DNA from: an uncultured Acidimicrobiia bacterium | GTDB lineage: Bacteria > Actinomycetota > Acidimicrobiia > Acidimicrobiales > AC-14 | Assembly: GCA_963836205.1 (NCBI GenBank) | Contig: CAWIIV010000014.1 | Span: 213,342-277,341, forward strand | Direction of reading: 5' to 3' | DNA length: 64,000 bases | Shown: piece by piece, positions 22,678 through 32,427 of the stretch | Numbering within the stretch: position 1 is the first letter of the stretch | Layout of the letters: each line of letters starts with the position of its first letter | Notes under the pieces: generated by a model | Databases searched by the model: none | Seen by the model: the letters and a program-made list of their open reading frames with translations, nothing else | What the model was told of the DNA's origin: nothing | Position numbers and translations under genes: made by a program

Positions 22678-23115
22678 GTGCTGCCCGTGTCCGACCCCTT
22701 CGCCGACCTCTTCCCCCGGCGGCGGGAACGGGAGCGTCCGCCTCGGGAGCGCCCGCCCCGCGACGGCTTCGTCGAGCACGCCCGCCAGGTGCTGCTGGCC
22801 CGGTGGGGCACGGCCCTGGGCACGCGCGCGGCCGACCTGCCCGGCAGCCAGGCCGAGTTCCCCCTGGTCTCGGGCAACGGCCGCATCGTGGGCGAGGTCG
22901 TGTGGCTGGAGGGGATGGAGTCGGCGGACTGGAAGACGGCCGCCCTCTCGGAGCACGTGTGGGTGATGAGCCACGTGGCCGCCGCCGATCGCCGTTTCCT
23001 CCTCGTGGGCCACGACCTCGACCTCGTCACCCGGTGGGTGGCCCGTCGCCGGGGCATGCTCGACGGCGTGGAGGTGTGGTCGCTCGACGGCGACCAGCTG
23101 GAGCGGCTGGCCTGA
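22678..23115 (+). CDS. hypothetical protein, possibly a degenerate PD-(D/E)XK fold
   Basis: Good codon bias; FPLVSGNGRIVGEVVW...SEHVW...RFLLVG pattern. Confidence 0.6.
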   Translation: MLPVSDPFADLFPRRRERERPPRERPPRDGFVEHARQVLLARWGTALGTRAADLPGSQAEFPLVSGNGRIVGEVVWLEGMESADWKTAALSEHVWVMSHVAAADRRFLLVGHDLDLVTRWVARRRGMLDGVEVWSLDGDQLERLA

Positions 23116-23143
23116 CCCGGTCCCGGCGCGCCCTGCACCGTCT

Positions 23144-23200
23144 GGGCGTCCTGATCCGTCGGGCGTCCTGATCCGTCGGGCGTCCTGATCCGTCGGGCGT
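23144..23200. repeat. 17-bp tandem repeat (3.3 copies) between convergent genes
   Basis: gggcgtcctgatccgtc x3 followed by gggcgt. Confidence 0.9.
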
Positions 23201-23607
23201 TACGGCTGGCGGGCGTCGACCCCGTCGAGGAGGGCCCGCACCCGGCTGAGCAGCTCGCTCGGGCTGAAGGGCTTGACGATGTAGTCGTCGGCACCGGCGG
23301 CCAGGCCCCGGGCCAGCTCCGACTCCTGGGCCTTGGCCGTGAGCAGGATGATGGGGAGCCCGGCGGTGGCCGGCTCGGCCCGCAACGCCTCGCACACCTC
23401 GATCCCGCTCATCCTGGGCATGGTCCAGTCGAGGAGGACGAGGTCGGGGCGGACTCCGGGAGCGGTGGGCGAGCCGCCGTTGGCCGCCAGCAGCGCCGCC
23501 TCGCCGTCACCGGCACCGATGGTCTCGTAGCCGGCGAGGGACAGCTTCCACGTGATCAGCGTCCGGATGTCGGAATCGTCGTCGACCACGAGAACGGTCT
23601 TCATCAC
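23200..23607 (-). CDS. single-domain response regulator (receiver)
   Basis: VLVVDDD, PDLVLLDW, LLTAK, DYIVKPF. Confidence 0.93.
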   Translation of the reverse strand: MMKTVLVVDDDSDIRTLITWKLSLAGYETIGAGDGEAALLAANGGSPTAPGVRPDLVLLDWTMPRMSGIEVCEALRAEPATAGLPIILLTAKAQESELARGLAAGADDYIVKPFSPSELLSRVRALLDGVDARQP

Positions 23608-23646
23608 TTCTCCTATCGGCAGTGCCGGTGCGGTCCTGAAGGCCGG

Positions 23647-23961
23647 TCACCGACCGGGGCGGGAGGCGAGGTCGGGCGGCGCGTCGGGTCGGGGAAGGGC
23701 GGCGGAGAGCTCCCGGGCCAGGGCGGCGGCGCGTCGGGCGGCGAGGCGGATCTGGAGCAGGTCGCCGGCGACCTCGGCCGGGTGGTCGGGATACTGGAGG
23801 ACGAGGTCGGTGTAGTTGAGGATCACGCCCAGGTAGTTGCTCAGCTCGTGGAGCACGGCCCGGGCATTGCTGACCACCCCGGCGTCGAGCACCGGCCGCG
23901 GCCCGGCCCCGCCCGGCCGGGTCGGCGGCGTCCGGTCGACCTGGACCTTGGGGGCCGGCAC
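23647..23961 (-). CDS. small protein consisting of a HisKA-like H-box hairpin only
   Basis: AVLHELSNYLGVILNYTDL...IRLAARRAAALARELS resembles the DHp domain of CckA-type kinases; no ATPase domain. Confidence 0.55.
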   Translation of the reverse strand: MPAPKVQVDRTPPTRPGGAGPRPVLDAGVVSNARAVLHELSNYLGVILNYTDLVLQYPDHPAEVAGDLLQIRLAARRAAALARELSAALPRPDAPPDLASRPGR

Positions 23962-24047
23962 CAGGGGTCATCAGGCGCCGGCGGCGATGTGGGCGGCGCG
24001 GTCGTCGCCCGGGATGGGGAGCAGTTGACTGCCTGGGTCGGTGCCGG

Positions 24048-27000
24048 TCAGGAGCAGCCGCTGGTGGTGCCGCAGCTGGAGCACACGAAGCAGGCCCCGG
24101 CCCGCTGCATGACCATGCCGCACTGGTAGCAGTAGGGCGCGTCGGACGCCTGGGCCTGGGCGTCGAGGGCCGCCGGCACCGCCTTGGCGATGGCCACCGC
24201 CGCCTTGGCCACCGGGCCGACCGGGTCGGGGACGACCTCGGAGCCGATGGCGTTGGGCGTGGCCTGCTCCTCCACCCCCGGCAGCGTCGGCTGCATGCGC
24301 TCGTCGATGGTGAGGATGCCGAGGTCGACCCGCTCCTGGTGGGTGAGGTACTCCACCGCCAGCCGGCGGAAGATGTAGTCGACCAGTGAGCTGGCGAAGC
24401 GGATGTCGGGGTCGTCGGTCATGCCCGCCGGCTCGAAGCGCATGTTGGTGTACATGTCGACGAACGCCTTGAGGGGCACGCCGTACTGGAGGCCGTGGCT
24501 GACGGAGATGGCGAAGGCGTCCATGATCCCGGCCAAGGTGGAGCCCTGCTTGGCCACCCGCAGGAAGATCTCTCCCGGACGGCCGTCGTCGTACTCCCCC
24601 ACCGTCACGTAGCCGTGGCAGTCGGCCACCCGGAAGGAGAACGTCTTGGAGTGCCGCATCCGGGGCAGGCGCTCCCGGTCGGGCGGCTGGTGCTGCTGGA
24701 CGACCACCGTCTCGATGAGCTTGGCCGCGGCCTCGGCGATGGCCTTGTCGGTCTTGGTGCTGGAGAGGGGCTGGCCCACCTTGCAGTTGTCGCGGTAGAT
24801 GGCAAGCGCCTTGATCCCCAGCCGCCACGACTCGATGTGGAGCTGCTCGACCTCGTCGACCGTCATCGTCTCGGGGACGTTGACCGTGTTGTGGTTGACG
24901 ATGCCGTTTCCGACGAACGCGTGGGTGGCGGGCACCGACAGGTCGAAGACCTCGCGGTCGGCCGCCCGCCCCACCGACTGGACCGGGCTGAAGTGGATGT
25001 CGTCGTCGAGCACGGTGCGCAGCCACGGCGGCAGAACGACACCGGGCACACGCGCCACCCGCTCCAACGATCGCCGGGTGACGTGACGGGTGCGGCTATC
25101 GCACAAGTAGCTGAACTCCGCCCGCACGCCATCAGTCGGCAACAGGCGGAAAAGTTCCTCGGGCGACACACCCGGCACCACATCGGCCGTGGCGCGATTG
25201 CCGAACACCAGGGTCGAAATGGCGGCCGCCCGCATGGCCTTCGTCCGGCTCGAGGAAGGGGACCAACTCGACCAGCCGCCGGGCGTGCTCACCGGTGGCG
25301 TAGACCTCATCGTAGGTCTTGCCGTTGATCTTGTTGCGCTTCGAGACGCGACCGTGGACAACCCCCAGGTTGGTGAGGACGGCTTGGAGGTCGTGAAGCA
25401 GCGGCGCCGAGTCGAGGCAGATTCCCCACTTGGGGGCGGTGCCTACGGAGACGTAGCCGTCGAGGGCCAAGCCTTGGAGAAACGCCAGCACCATCTCCCG
25501 GGGCGACCGGAGAACGGCGTCCGGAATGCGCTTGGACGACGCCCGAGCGCCGCAGCCGAGGTACTCGAGGAACTCCACCACAGTCTTTGACGAGACCAGG
25601 ACGCCGGGGCACTTGCCTGGCTGGCGCACGATCCTGGCTTCGAGGCCGAACTCGGACCGCCAGGCGGCGGCGACCCGCTCCAGGACCGCTTCGACCGAGT
25701 TGGTGATGGTGATGGTCCAGGTCGATCGGGTGGTGTGGCCCTCCGAGGCGTACGCGCCAAGGAGGAAGGACAACTCGGAGGTCATCTCCTGTGGCAGAAC
25801 GACGTTCTTCTGGCTTCCGTGCCTCGCCGATGGGACGAAACCATCGAAGCGGGCCGCCAGCTGCGACCACAACTCGGAGCCGTACTGGACGGCTACGTAG
25901 TCGTCGAGTGCGATCTCGTCGAGCTGCCGCCACTCGAGGCCGGACTCGGCGGCCACCAGGAGGCGGTGGTTGGGCGTGCCGACCACTCGGTGTCCAGATC
26001 GCAGTTCGGCCTGCCACACGGGGCGGACACCGCCGTAGTAGAAGGCGTCGGTCTTCTGGGTGCCGTCGAGCGAGGCCACCTCGATGATCTCGTGACGGAA
26101 GGTATCGGGGGCCTCCCCGTCGTGGAGGGTGCCGATGCGCACCAGCCCGTCGGTGGTGGTGACGAGTGTGTCGGCCGACACGCATTTGGAGATGGCCCCC
26201 GAGATCCACGGCTGGACGGCCGCCATCATCCGCACATGGCCGAGGTAGTGGATGACGTTGTCGCCCATCGAGCAGGCGAAGACGCCCAGGTGGTCGGCCG
26301 ACAGGTGGGGCGCGCCGAGGATCGACTTCTGCTCGTCGATGTAGGCCAGGATGTCGTTGACCTGGCCGGGGCCGTAGCCCAGGCGCCGCAGGGCCCGGGG
26401 GACGGTCTGGTTGACGATCGACATCGTGCCCCCGCCGACCAGCTTCTTGGTCTTGCACAGGCCGAGGTCGGGCTCGATGCCGGTGGTGTCGCAATCCATC
26501 ATCAGGCCAATCGTTCCAGTGGGGGCCAGAACGCTGGCCTGTGAATTGCGGACTCCGTAGACCTCGGCCAGCCCGACGGCGTCGTCCCAGGCGTCGCGGG
26601 CCGCGGCCAGCACCGGGCTGGGGGCGAGGGAGGTGTCGATGACGCTGATCTCATCGCGGTGCATCTCGAGGACCCGGTTCATCGGCTCCTTGTTCTGGGC
26701 GTAGCCCGCGAAGGGGCCCATGCGGGCCGCGGTGCGGGCCGAGGTGGCGTAGGCCTCCCCCGTCATGAGGGCGGTGATGGCGCCGGCCCACGCCCGCCCG
26801 GCCTCGGAGTCGTAGGCCACGCCGAGGGCCATGAGCAGGGCGCCCAGGTTGGCGTAGCCGAGGCCGAGCTGGCGGAAGCGGCGGGACGTGTCGGCGATGC
26901 GCTCGGTGGGGTAGTCGGCGTTGCCCACCAGGATCTCCTGGGCGGTGAACACGACCCGCACCGCGGCCCGGAACCCCTCGACGTCGAAGCTGCCGTCGTC

Positions 27001-29202
27001 GTTCAGGAACCGGAGCAGGTTGAGGCTGGCCAGGTTGCACGCCGAGTTGTCGAGGTGCATGTACTCCGAGCAGGGGTTGGACCCGTTGATGCGGCCGGTG
27101 TTGGAGGCGGTGTGCCACTTGTTGATGGTGGTGTCGAACTGCATGCCCGGGTCGGCGCACTCCCAGGCCGCCTCCGCGATCTGGCGGAAGAGGTCGCGGG
27201 CCTTGATGGTGCGGATGGGCTCGCCGGTGGTGACGGCCCGCAGGTGCCAGTCGGCGTCGTCGACGACGGCCTGCATGAACTCGTCGGTGACGCGAACCGA
27301 GTTGTTGGCGTTCTGGTACTGGGTGGAGTGGCTGTCCTTGCCGTCGAGGTCCATGTCGAACCCGTTGTCGCGCAAGACCCGGGCCTTGCGCTCCTCGACC
27401 GCCTTGCACCAGATGAAGTCCTCGACGTCGGGGTGGTCGGCGTTGAGGATGACCATCTTGGCCGCCCGCCGGGTCTTGCCGCCCGACTTGATAGTGCCGG
27501 CCGAAGCGTCGGCGCCCCGCATGAAGCTCACCGGCCCGGACGCGGTGCCGCCGCCCTTGAGGTGCTCGTAGGACGACCGGATGTTGGACAGGTTGACGCC
27601 CGACCCCGACCCGCCCTGGAAGATGATCCCTTCCTCCGTGTACCAGTTGAGGATCGACCGCATCGTGTCCTCGACAGCGAGGATGAAGCAGTTGTGGACC
27701 CGGACGTTGCCGCTCAGGTACTCGCCGCTCTCGGTCTGGATGTCGTAGACCTCGGTCTCCCCGATCTCCTCGATCCGCTCGATCTCGAGCCGCTTGGCGG
27801 GAAGGGCCGCCAGGCCGGGCAGCTCCAGGCTGGCCTCGAGCTTGGCCGCCTTGGACGGGTCGACGAACCCGATCTCGTCGGCGAAGCGGCGGCGGTCGCC
27901 GGCGGTGCGGATGCTCAGGACGAGGCAGCCCTTGCGGTCGGCTCGGCGGTCGGCCGCGAACCGCACCCGGGAGAAGATCCCGAAGCGCAGGAGCAGCGCC
28001 TGGATTCCCCGCACCAGCGACTGGGAGATCATGGCCAGCCCGACCACCGCGCTCGGCGGACGGACCGACACATAGCCCTCGGCCTGGAAGAGGCTGCGGA
28101 GGTAGGCGGCCACGACGGGCAGGGGGGCGGTGAAGAGGTGCTCGGGGACGGTCATGTCGACGCCGCGGGTCATGAGGTCCCAGCGCCCGACGAAGTCGGC
28201 CAGGGGCGCGCCGTAGAGGCGGGTGCGCCGGCAGTCGAGGCTGGGGTCGGCGGTGACCACGGTGCGTTCGTGGCGGTGAACGTCCGGGAAGACCGTGTCG
28301 ATGGCTTCGAGCACCCAGGCCTTCTCGGCCGGGGTGACGGTCATCGCTTCGATGGTGAGCGAGCGGTTGGTGCCCTCGTACTTCCCGACGAACCCGTCGC
28401 CCTGCAACCAGCCGGCCAGCGCCGCCTCCGCCACTGCCTGCCTGGAGATCTCGCCCTCGCCGAACGACTCAGTGCGGTGCCACTCCAGCTGATCGCCGGC
28501 CCGCAGCTCGCCCGCGGGCACGAACCGACCGGACGCATCACCGCTCGACCGCCAGACGAGGTGGTCGGCGGTGACGTCGAGCCGGTAGCCGGCCTTGGTG
28601 TGGATGCGCAGCACCGGCTTGCGGCCGTTGGCCTTGACCGCCACCACCTGGGTTAGGCCGTGGGCGTCGAACACCTTGGCACCGATGGCTCCCTGTTCGA
28701 CCAACCGGCCGATCGGGACCAAACCCTCGGGAGTGGACACGAGGGCGTCGTAGGGCTGGCAGGCACTGGCCTGCTGCGGCGCGCCCATGACGCCGATGTT
28801 GAACCACACCGGGGAGTTGAAGGCGGCCCGCTGGTGGAGCAGGAGGGTGGTGAGCTCGTCGCGGAAGGCGTCGGCCTCGGTGGTGTCGACGAAGTAGCCG
28901 TCGCGCCGGCCCCAGGCGGTGACGGTGGACACCACCCGGTTGATCACCTGCTTCAGCGACCACTCCCGCTCGGGGGTGCCGAGGGTGCCCCGGAAGTACT
29001 TCTGGGCCACGATGTTGGTGGCGTTCTGCGACCACCCCACCGGGAACTCGACGCCCAACTGCTCGAAGGCGACGGTGCCGTCGCGGTAGTTGGTGATCCG
29101 GGCGTCTCGCCGCTCCCAGGTGACCTCGTCGTAGGGGTCGATCCCCTCGGTCGAGAAATGCCGACGAATGCCGATGCCGGTCTGCTCGGGAGCGAGAGCC
29201 AT
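24048..29202 (-). CDS. nrdJ: vitamin B12-dependent (class II) ribonucleotide reductase with two inteins (frameshift ~25245 inside intein 2)
   Basis: FNSPVWFN, QASA|CFI, GGKTRRAAKM, SNPCSEY, LAPTGTI, ISK|TVN, TSCPD-type region and C-terminal CxxC...CxxC...GCS; adjacent to nrdR. Confidence 0.93.
24888..26184 (-). mobile_element. intein 2 with LAGLIDADG homing endonuclease (~432 aa, one extra base at ~25245)
   Basis: Begins CVSADTLV after ISK and ends IVNHN before T. Block B GTPNHR; motifs LLGAYASEG and FLQGLALDG; visibly more A/T at third positions than the host gene. Confidence 0.9.
27691..28761 (-). mobile_element. intein 1 with LAGLIDADG homing endonuclease (357 aa)
   Basis: Begins CQPYDALV after QASA and ends VRVHN before CFI. 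Block B VTADH; motifs LAGWLQGDG and YLRSLFQAEG; block F VYDIQT. Confidence 0.93.
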
Positions 29203-29290
29203 ACGGAGTTCCTCCTGTTTCAGCGGCCGGCCGCCAGGCCGCCCCACCACGAAGTTGTGTCTCAGGGGAAGTGAGTCACTACCACTACAA

Positions 29291-29337
29291 CCACTACATG
29301 TCGCGTCTCGACACAGGCGAGCCACAAGATGTGCCCA
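29291..29337. promoter_or_regulatory. tandem NrdR boxes
   Basis: ccactacatgtcgcgt (29291) and ccacaagatgtgccca (29322) resemble acaCwAtATaTwGtgt, are 31 bp apart and lie upstream of nrdJ. Confidence 0.75.
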
Positions 29338-29460
29338 TAATACTACGTTCGTAATTCCACTCGTGTCAACGATATGCCGACGCCGACCACCCTCGCGCCG
29401 CGGTCCTGTGGATCGCTAGGGCAACAGTCCTGTGGTCGGCCTGTGGTCAGCCTGTGGATT

Positions 29461-29973
29461 TCAGGAAGGGGGTGCGGCCGGGTCGGTGCCGGCCACGTCG
29501 GGGACGGAGCCAGGGCTGGGCGGACCGGCCTCGGTGAGCAGGCCCAGCTCCCGCTGGAAGTCGCCCGGATCCTCGAAGACCTTGTAGACGCTGGCAAAGC
29601 GCAGGTAGGCGACCTCGTCGAGCCGGCGGAGGCGGTCGAGCACCAGGCGGCCGACCTCGGCGCTGGTGACCTCCGACCCCCGGAGCCGGGCCTGCTCCTC
29701 GATCTCGACTGCCACCGCCTCCAGCTGTTCGTCGCCCACGGGCCGGTTCTTGGCCGCCGCCCGCATGCCTGCCACCACCTTCGACCGGGAGAAGGGCTGG
29801 GCCGACCCCGACCGCTTGCGTACGACGAGGGGCGCCTCCTCCAGCCGCTCGAACGTGGTGAAACGGCGACCGCAGGCCAGGCATTCCCGCCGGCGGCGGA
29901 TGGCGGCTCCGTCGTCGGCCTGCCGGGAGTCGATGACACGGTCGTCGAGATGGGCGCAACCGGGGCACCGCAC
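29461..29973 (-). CDS. nrdR: transcriptional repressor NrdR
   Basis: RCPGC...VIDSR...IRRRRECLACGRRFTTFE zinc ribbon, ATP cone, AYLRFASVY. Confidence 0.96.
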   Translation of the reverse strand: MRCPGCAHLDDRVIDSRQADDGAAIRRRRECLACGRRFTTFERLEEAPLVVRKRSGSAQPFSRSKVVAGMRAAAKNRPVGDEQLEAVAVEIEEQARLRGSEVTSAEVGRLVLDRLRRLDEVAYLRFASVYKVFEDPGDFQRELGLLTEAGPPSPGSVPDVAGTDPAAPPS

Positions 29974-30052
29974 GAACTCCGACGCTACCCGCCATGGGCG
30001 CGATCGGCCGCCGCCGTTGTTTGCCGCCGGTGCCTCGGGGTAGTTCGCGGCG

Positions 30053-30967
30053 ATGGCCCAGACCACGCCGCGCGGCCACGCCCGGGAGGGCCGCGGCGAG
30101 GACACATCGGCGGCGGCGGCGGCCGATGGTGAGCAGAGCGGGTCGGTCGCCGAACGCAAGGTGGAGGACGCCTTCCTGCGATCGGTGGACGAGGGCCGCC
30201 GGCGGATGTGGCGGCCGACTCTGCCCCTGCTCGCCACCGGCCTGGTGGGCGGGATCGACGTGGGGACGGGCGTGCTGGCCCTGCTGTTGGTGGAGGAGGC
30301 CACCCACAGCAAACTCCTGGCGGGGGTGGCCTTCTCGGTGGGCTTCATCGCCCTCACGCTGGCCCGCAGCGAGCTGTTCACCGAGAACTTCCTGGTGCCG
30401 GTGACCACGGTGATCGCCCGCCAGGCCCGGTTGCGCATGCTGTTGCGGCTGTGGGCGGGGACGCTGGTGGCCAACCTGGCCGGCGGCTGGATCTTCACCT
30501 GGCTCATCCTGCGCGGCTACCCGCAGATGGCGGCCACTGCCAACGATGCCGGCGGCTACTACGTCGACCTCGGCATCGGCGTGCGGTCGATGGCCCTGGC
30601 CGTGATCGGCGGGACGGTGATCACCCTCATGACGTGGATGCAGCAGGGCACCGACTCCCCCGCGGTGAAGGTGATCCCGGCCATCACCGGTGCCTTCCTG
30701 CTGGCCGGGGGCCAGCTCAACCACGCCATCGTGAACTCGCTGCTGATGTTCTCGGCCCTCCACACCGGCCATGCCCCGTTCGGCTACGTGGACTGGGTGC
30801 AGACCGCGGGCTGGGCCGCCCTCGGCAACCTGGTGGGCGGCATCGGCCTGGTGACGGTGCTGCGCCTGTTCCAGGTGCCGGACAAGGTGCGCAAGGAGCG
30901 GCGTCATCCGGCGCCCGGCGTGCCGGTGCGTGACACCCGCCAAGTCGAACCGGCGACCGAGCCCTGA
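30053..30967 (+). CDS. formate/nitrite transporter (FNT) family protein
   Basis: SELFTENFL, ANLAGG, LNHAIVN, LGNLVGG motifs; multiple TM segments. Confidence 0.88.
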   Translation: MAQTTPRGHAREGRGEDTSAAAAADGEQSGSVAERKVEDAFLRSVDEGRRRMWRPTLPLLATGLVGGIDVGTGVLALLLVEEATHSKLLAGVAFSVGFIALTLARSELFTENFLVPVTTVIARQARLRMLLRLWAGTLVANLAGGWIFTWLILRGYPQMAATANDAGGYYVDLGIGVRSMALAVIGGTVITLMTWMQQGTDSPAVKVIPAITGAFLLAGGQLNHAIVNSLLMFSALHTGHAPFGYVDWVQTAGWAALGNLVGGIGLVTVLRLFQVPDKVRKERRHPAPGVPVRDTRQVEPATEP

Positions 30968-30969
30968 CC

Positions 30970-31018
30970 TTCCTGGGTCGGAAAAGGGGCGCCAGACGCA
31001 CCTTTTCATGCCCAGGAA
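30970..31018. repeat. ~49-bp REP-like hairpin (family B), between convergent genes
   Basis: ttcctgggtcggaaaagggg...accttttcatgcccaggaa; related copy at 32378. Confidence 0.7.
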
Positions 31019-31029
31019 CCGTGGGCGGT

Positions 31030-31521
31030 CTAGTCGACGGTTGGGAGTTGGATCTGCTCGCCCACGACCAGCGACGGGCCGCCGTGCTCCGCGACCATGC
31101 GGTCGACAAGGGGCCGGGGATCGCCGGCGGGATCGATGCTGCGGGCGAGGGCCCAGAAGGTGTCGCCCGGCTGGACCTCGTAGACCTGGCCGGCGACGAC
31201 GGGAAGCGGGCGCTCGGGGGCGGTGAGGGAGCCGCCCCCGAGCGCACCCAGCACGACGGAGGCGACCGCCGAGAGAGCGGCAACCGCGCCGGCAGCCAGG
31301 GCCTGCCGCCGGCGATAGGTGCTGGGGGAAACGGAACCGCGGGTTGCGGCTCGGGCTGCGGGCCTCGCCACCCGACGGGCGGACGGCCGCTCGAAGGCGG
31401 GGGAAGCGGCCGGCCGGGCCCGGCGAGGGGCGAACGTCACCGAGACGACCTCGACGGTTGACATCTGCCGGGCGGACATCTGCCGGGGGACCGACCGGGG
31501 CCGGTGCTGGACCGCAACCAT
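31030..31521 (-). CDS. LysM-domain membrane protein (ChiZ/DivS/YneA-like SOS division inhibitor)
   Basis: TM helix then YEVQPGDTFWALA LysM domain; divergent from lexA and sharing its SOS boxes. Confidence 0.82.
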   Translation of the reverse strand: MVAVQHRPRSVPRQMSARQMSTVEVVSVTFAPRRARPAASPAFERPSARRVARPAARAATRGSVSPSTYRRRQALAAGAVAALSAVASVVLGALGGGSLTAPERPLPVVAGQVYEVQPGDTFWALARSIDPAGDPRPLVDRMVAEHGGPSLVVGEQIQLPTVD

Positions 31522-31538
31522 GGACTGACCTTTCCTGA

Positions 31539-31657
31539 CGAACGTACGTTCGGACCTGGCCAGTAGACCACGAACGCCTGTTCCCCGTCAAGGTCCGCCG
31601 AACAGATGTTTGTACTCGGACGCGGCCCCTGGTACAGTCCAGACGAACGCACGTTCG
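31539..31657. promoter_or_regulatory. four LexA (SOS) boxes
   Basis: CGAACgtacGTTCG (31539), CGAACgcctGTTCC (31571), CGAACagatGTTTG (31599), CGAACgcacGTTCG (31644). Confidence 0.9.
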
Positions 31658-31703
31658 TAGGCCGCCCATGTTTCGTAGGCAACCCGTCAGGAAGGAGTCC
31701 GTT

Positions 31704-32336
31704 GTGACCGATCCGGCACTCACCGAGCGCCAGCGGGGGATCCTCGACTGCATCGTGTCCCACACGCGTGACCACGGCTACCCCCCGTCGGTACGCGAGA
31801 TCGGCGAGACGGTGGGGCTCACGTCCACGTCCACCGTCCACGCCCACCTGGCCACCCTCCAGCGGCTGGGCTACCTCCGGCGCGATCCCACCAAGCCCCG
31901 GGCCATCGAGGTCCGCTACGACGCCGACTCGGCCACGCCCATCGAGCACCGCCCCGTCCGCCACGTGCCCCTGGTGGGCGACGTGGCCGCCGGCACCGAC
32001 GTGCTGGCCCAGGAGAACGCGGAGGAGGCGTTCCCCGTCCCCGCCGACTGGACCGGCGACGGCCCCGTCTTCATGCTCCGGGTGCGGGGCGAGTCGATGA
32101 TCGACGCCGGGATCCTGCCCGGCGACTACGTCGTCGCCCGCCAGCAGAAGGAGGCGGCCAAGGGCGACCTGGTCGTGGCCGGTATCCCCGGCGAGGAGGC
32201 GACGGTCAAGACCTACAGCCGCAAGGGCGACAAGGTCGTGCTCCTGCCGGCCAACGCCGCCTTCGAACCCATCGAGCTCGACGCCAACGACGTCGCCATC
32301 TACGGCAAGGTCGTCACGGTCATGCGCCGGGTCTGA
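31704..32336 (+). CDS. lexA: SOS repressor LexA
   Basis: LTERQ...GYPPSVREIG winged HTH, VAAG cleavage site, VRGESM serine, EATVK lysine; RBS AAGGAG. Confidence 0.97.
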   Translation: MTDPALTERQRGILDCIVSHTRDHGYPPSVREIGETVGLTSTSTVHAHLATLQRLGYLRRDPTKPRAIEVRYDADSATPIEHRPVRHVPLVGDVAAGTDVLAQENAEEAFPVPADWTGDGPVFMLRVRGESMIDAGILPGDYVVARQQKEAAKGDLVVAGIPGEEATVKTYSRKGDKVVLLPANAAFEPIELDANDVAIYGKVVTVMRRV

Positions 32337-32377
32337 CGGGCGCCGGGGCGGCCGCTTCGCTCGCCATTTCCGTGGCT

Positions 32378-32427
32378 GTCTTGGGCATGAAAAGGGGTGC
32401 TACGCGCACCTTTTCGTGCCCACGAAC
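32378..32427. repeat. REP-like hairpin (family B), second copy
   Basis: tgggcatgaaaagggg...accttttcgtgccca, between convergent lexA and the S8 peptidase gene. Confidence 0.7.

Noticed and set aside
25230-25265. Programmed frameshift or split intein in nrdJ
   Set aside because: No slippery heptamer or separate start is evident, and the window has many similar indels; an error is more likely, pending reads.
29255-29285. Second RecA-NDp-like promoter (TGTCTCAGGGG) near nrdJ
   Set aside because: It points away from nrdJ and lacks a TAnnnT at the 10-nt spacing.
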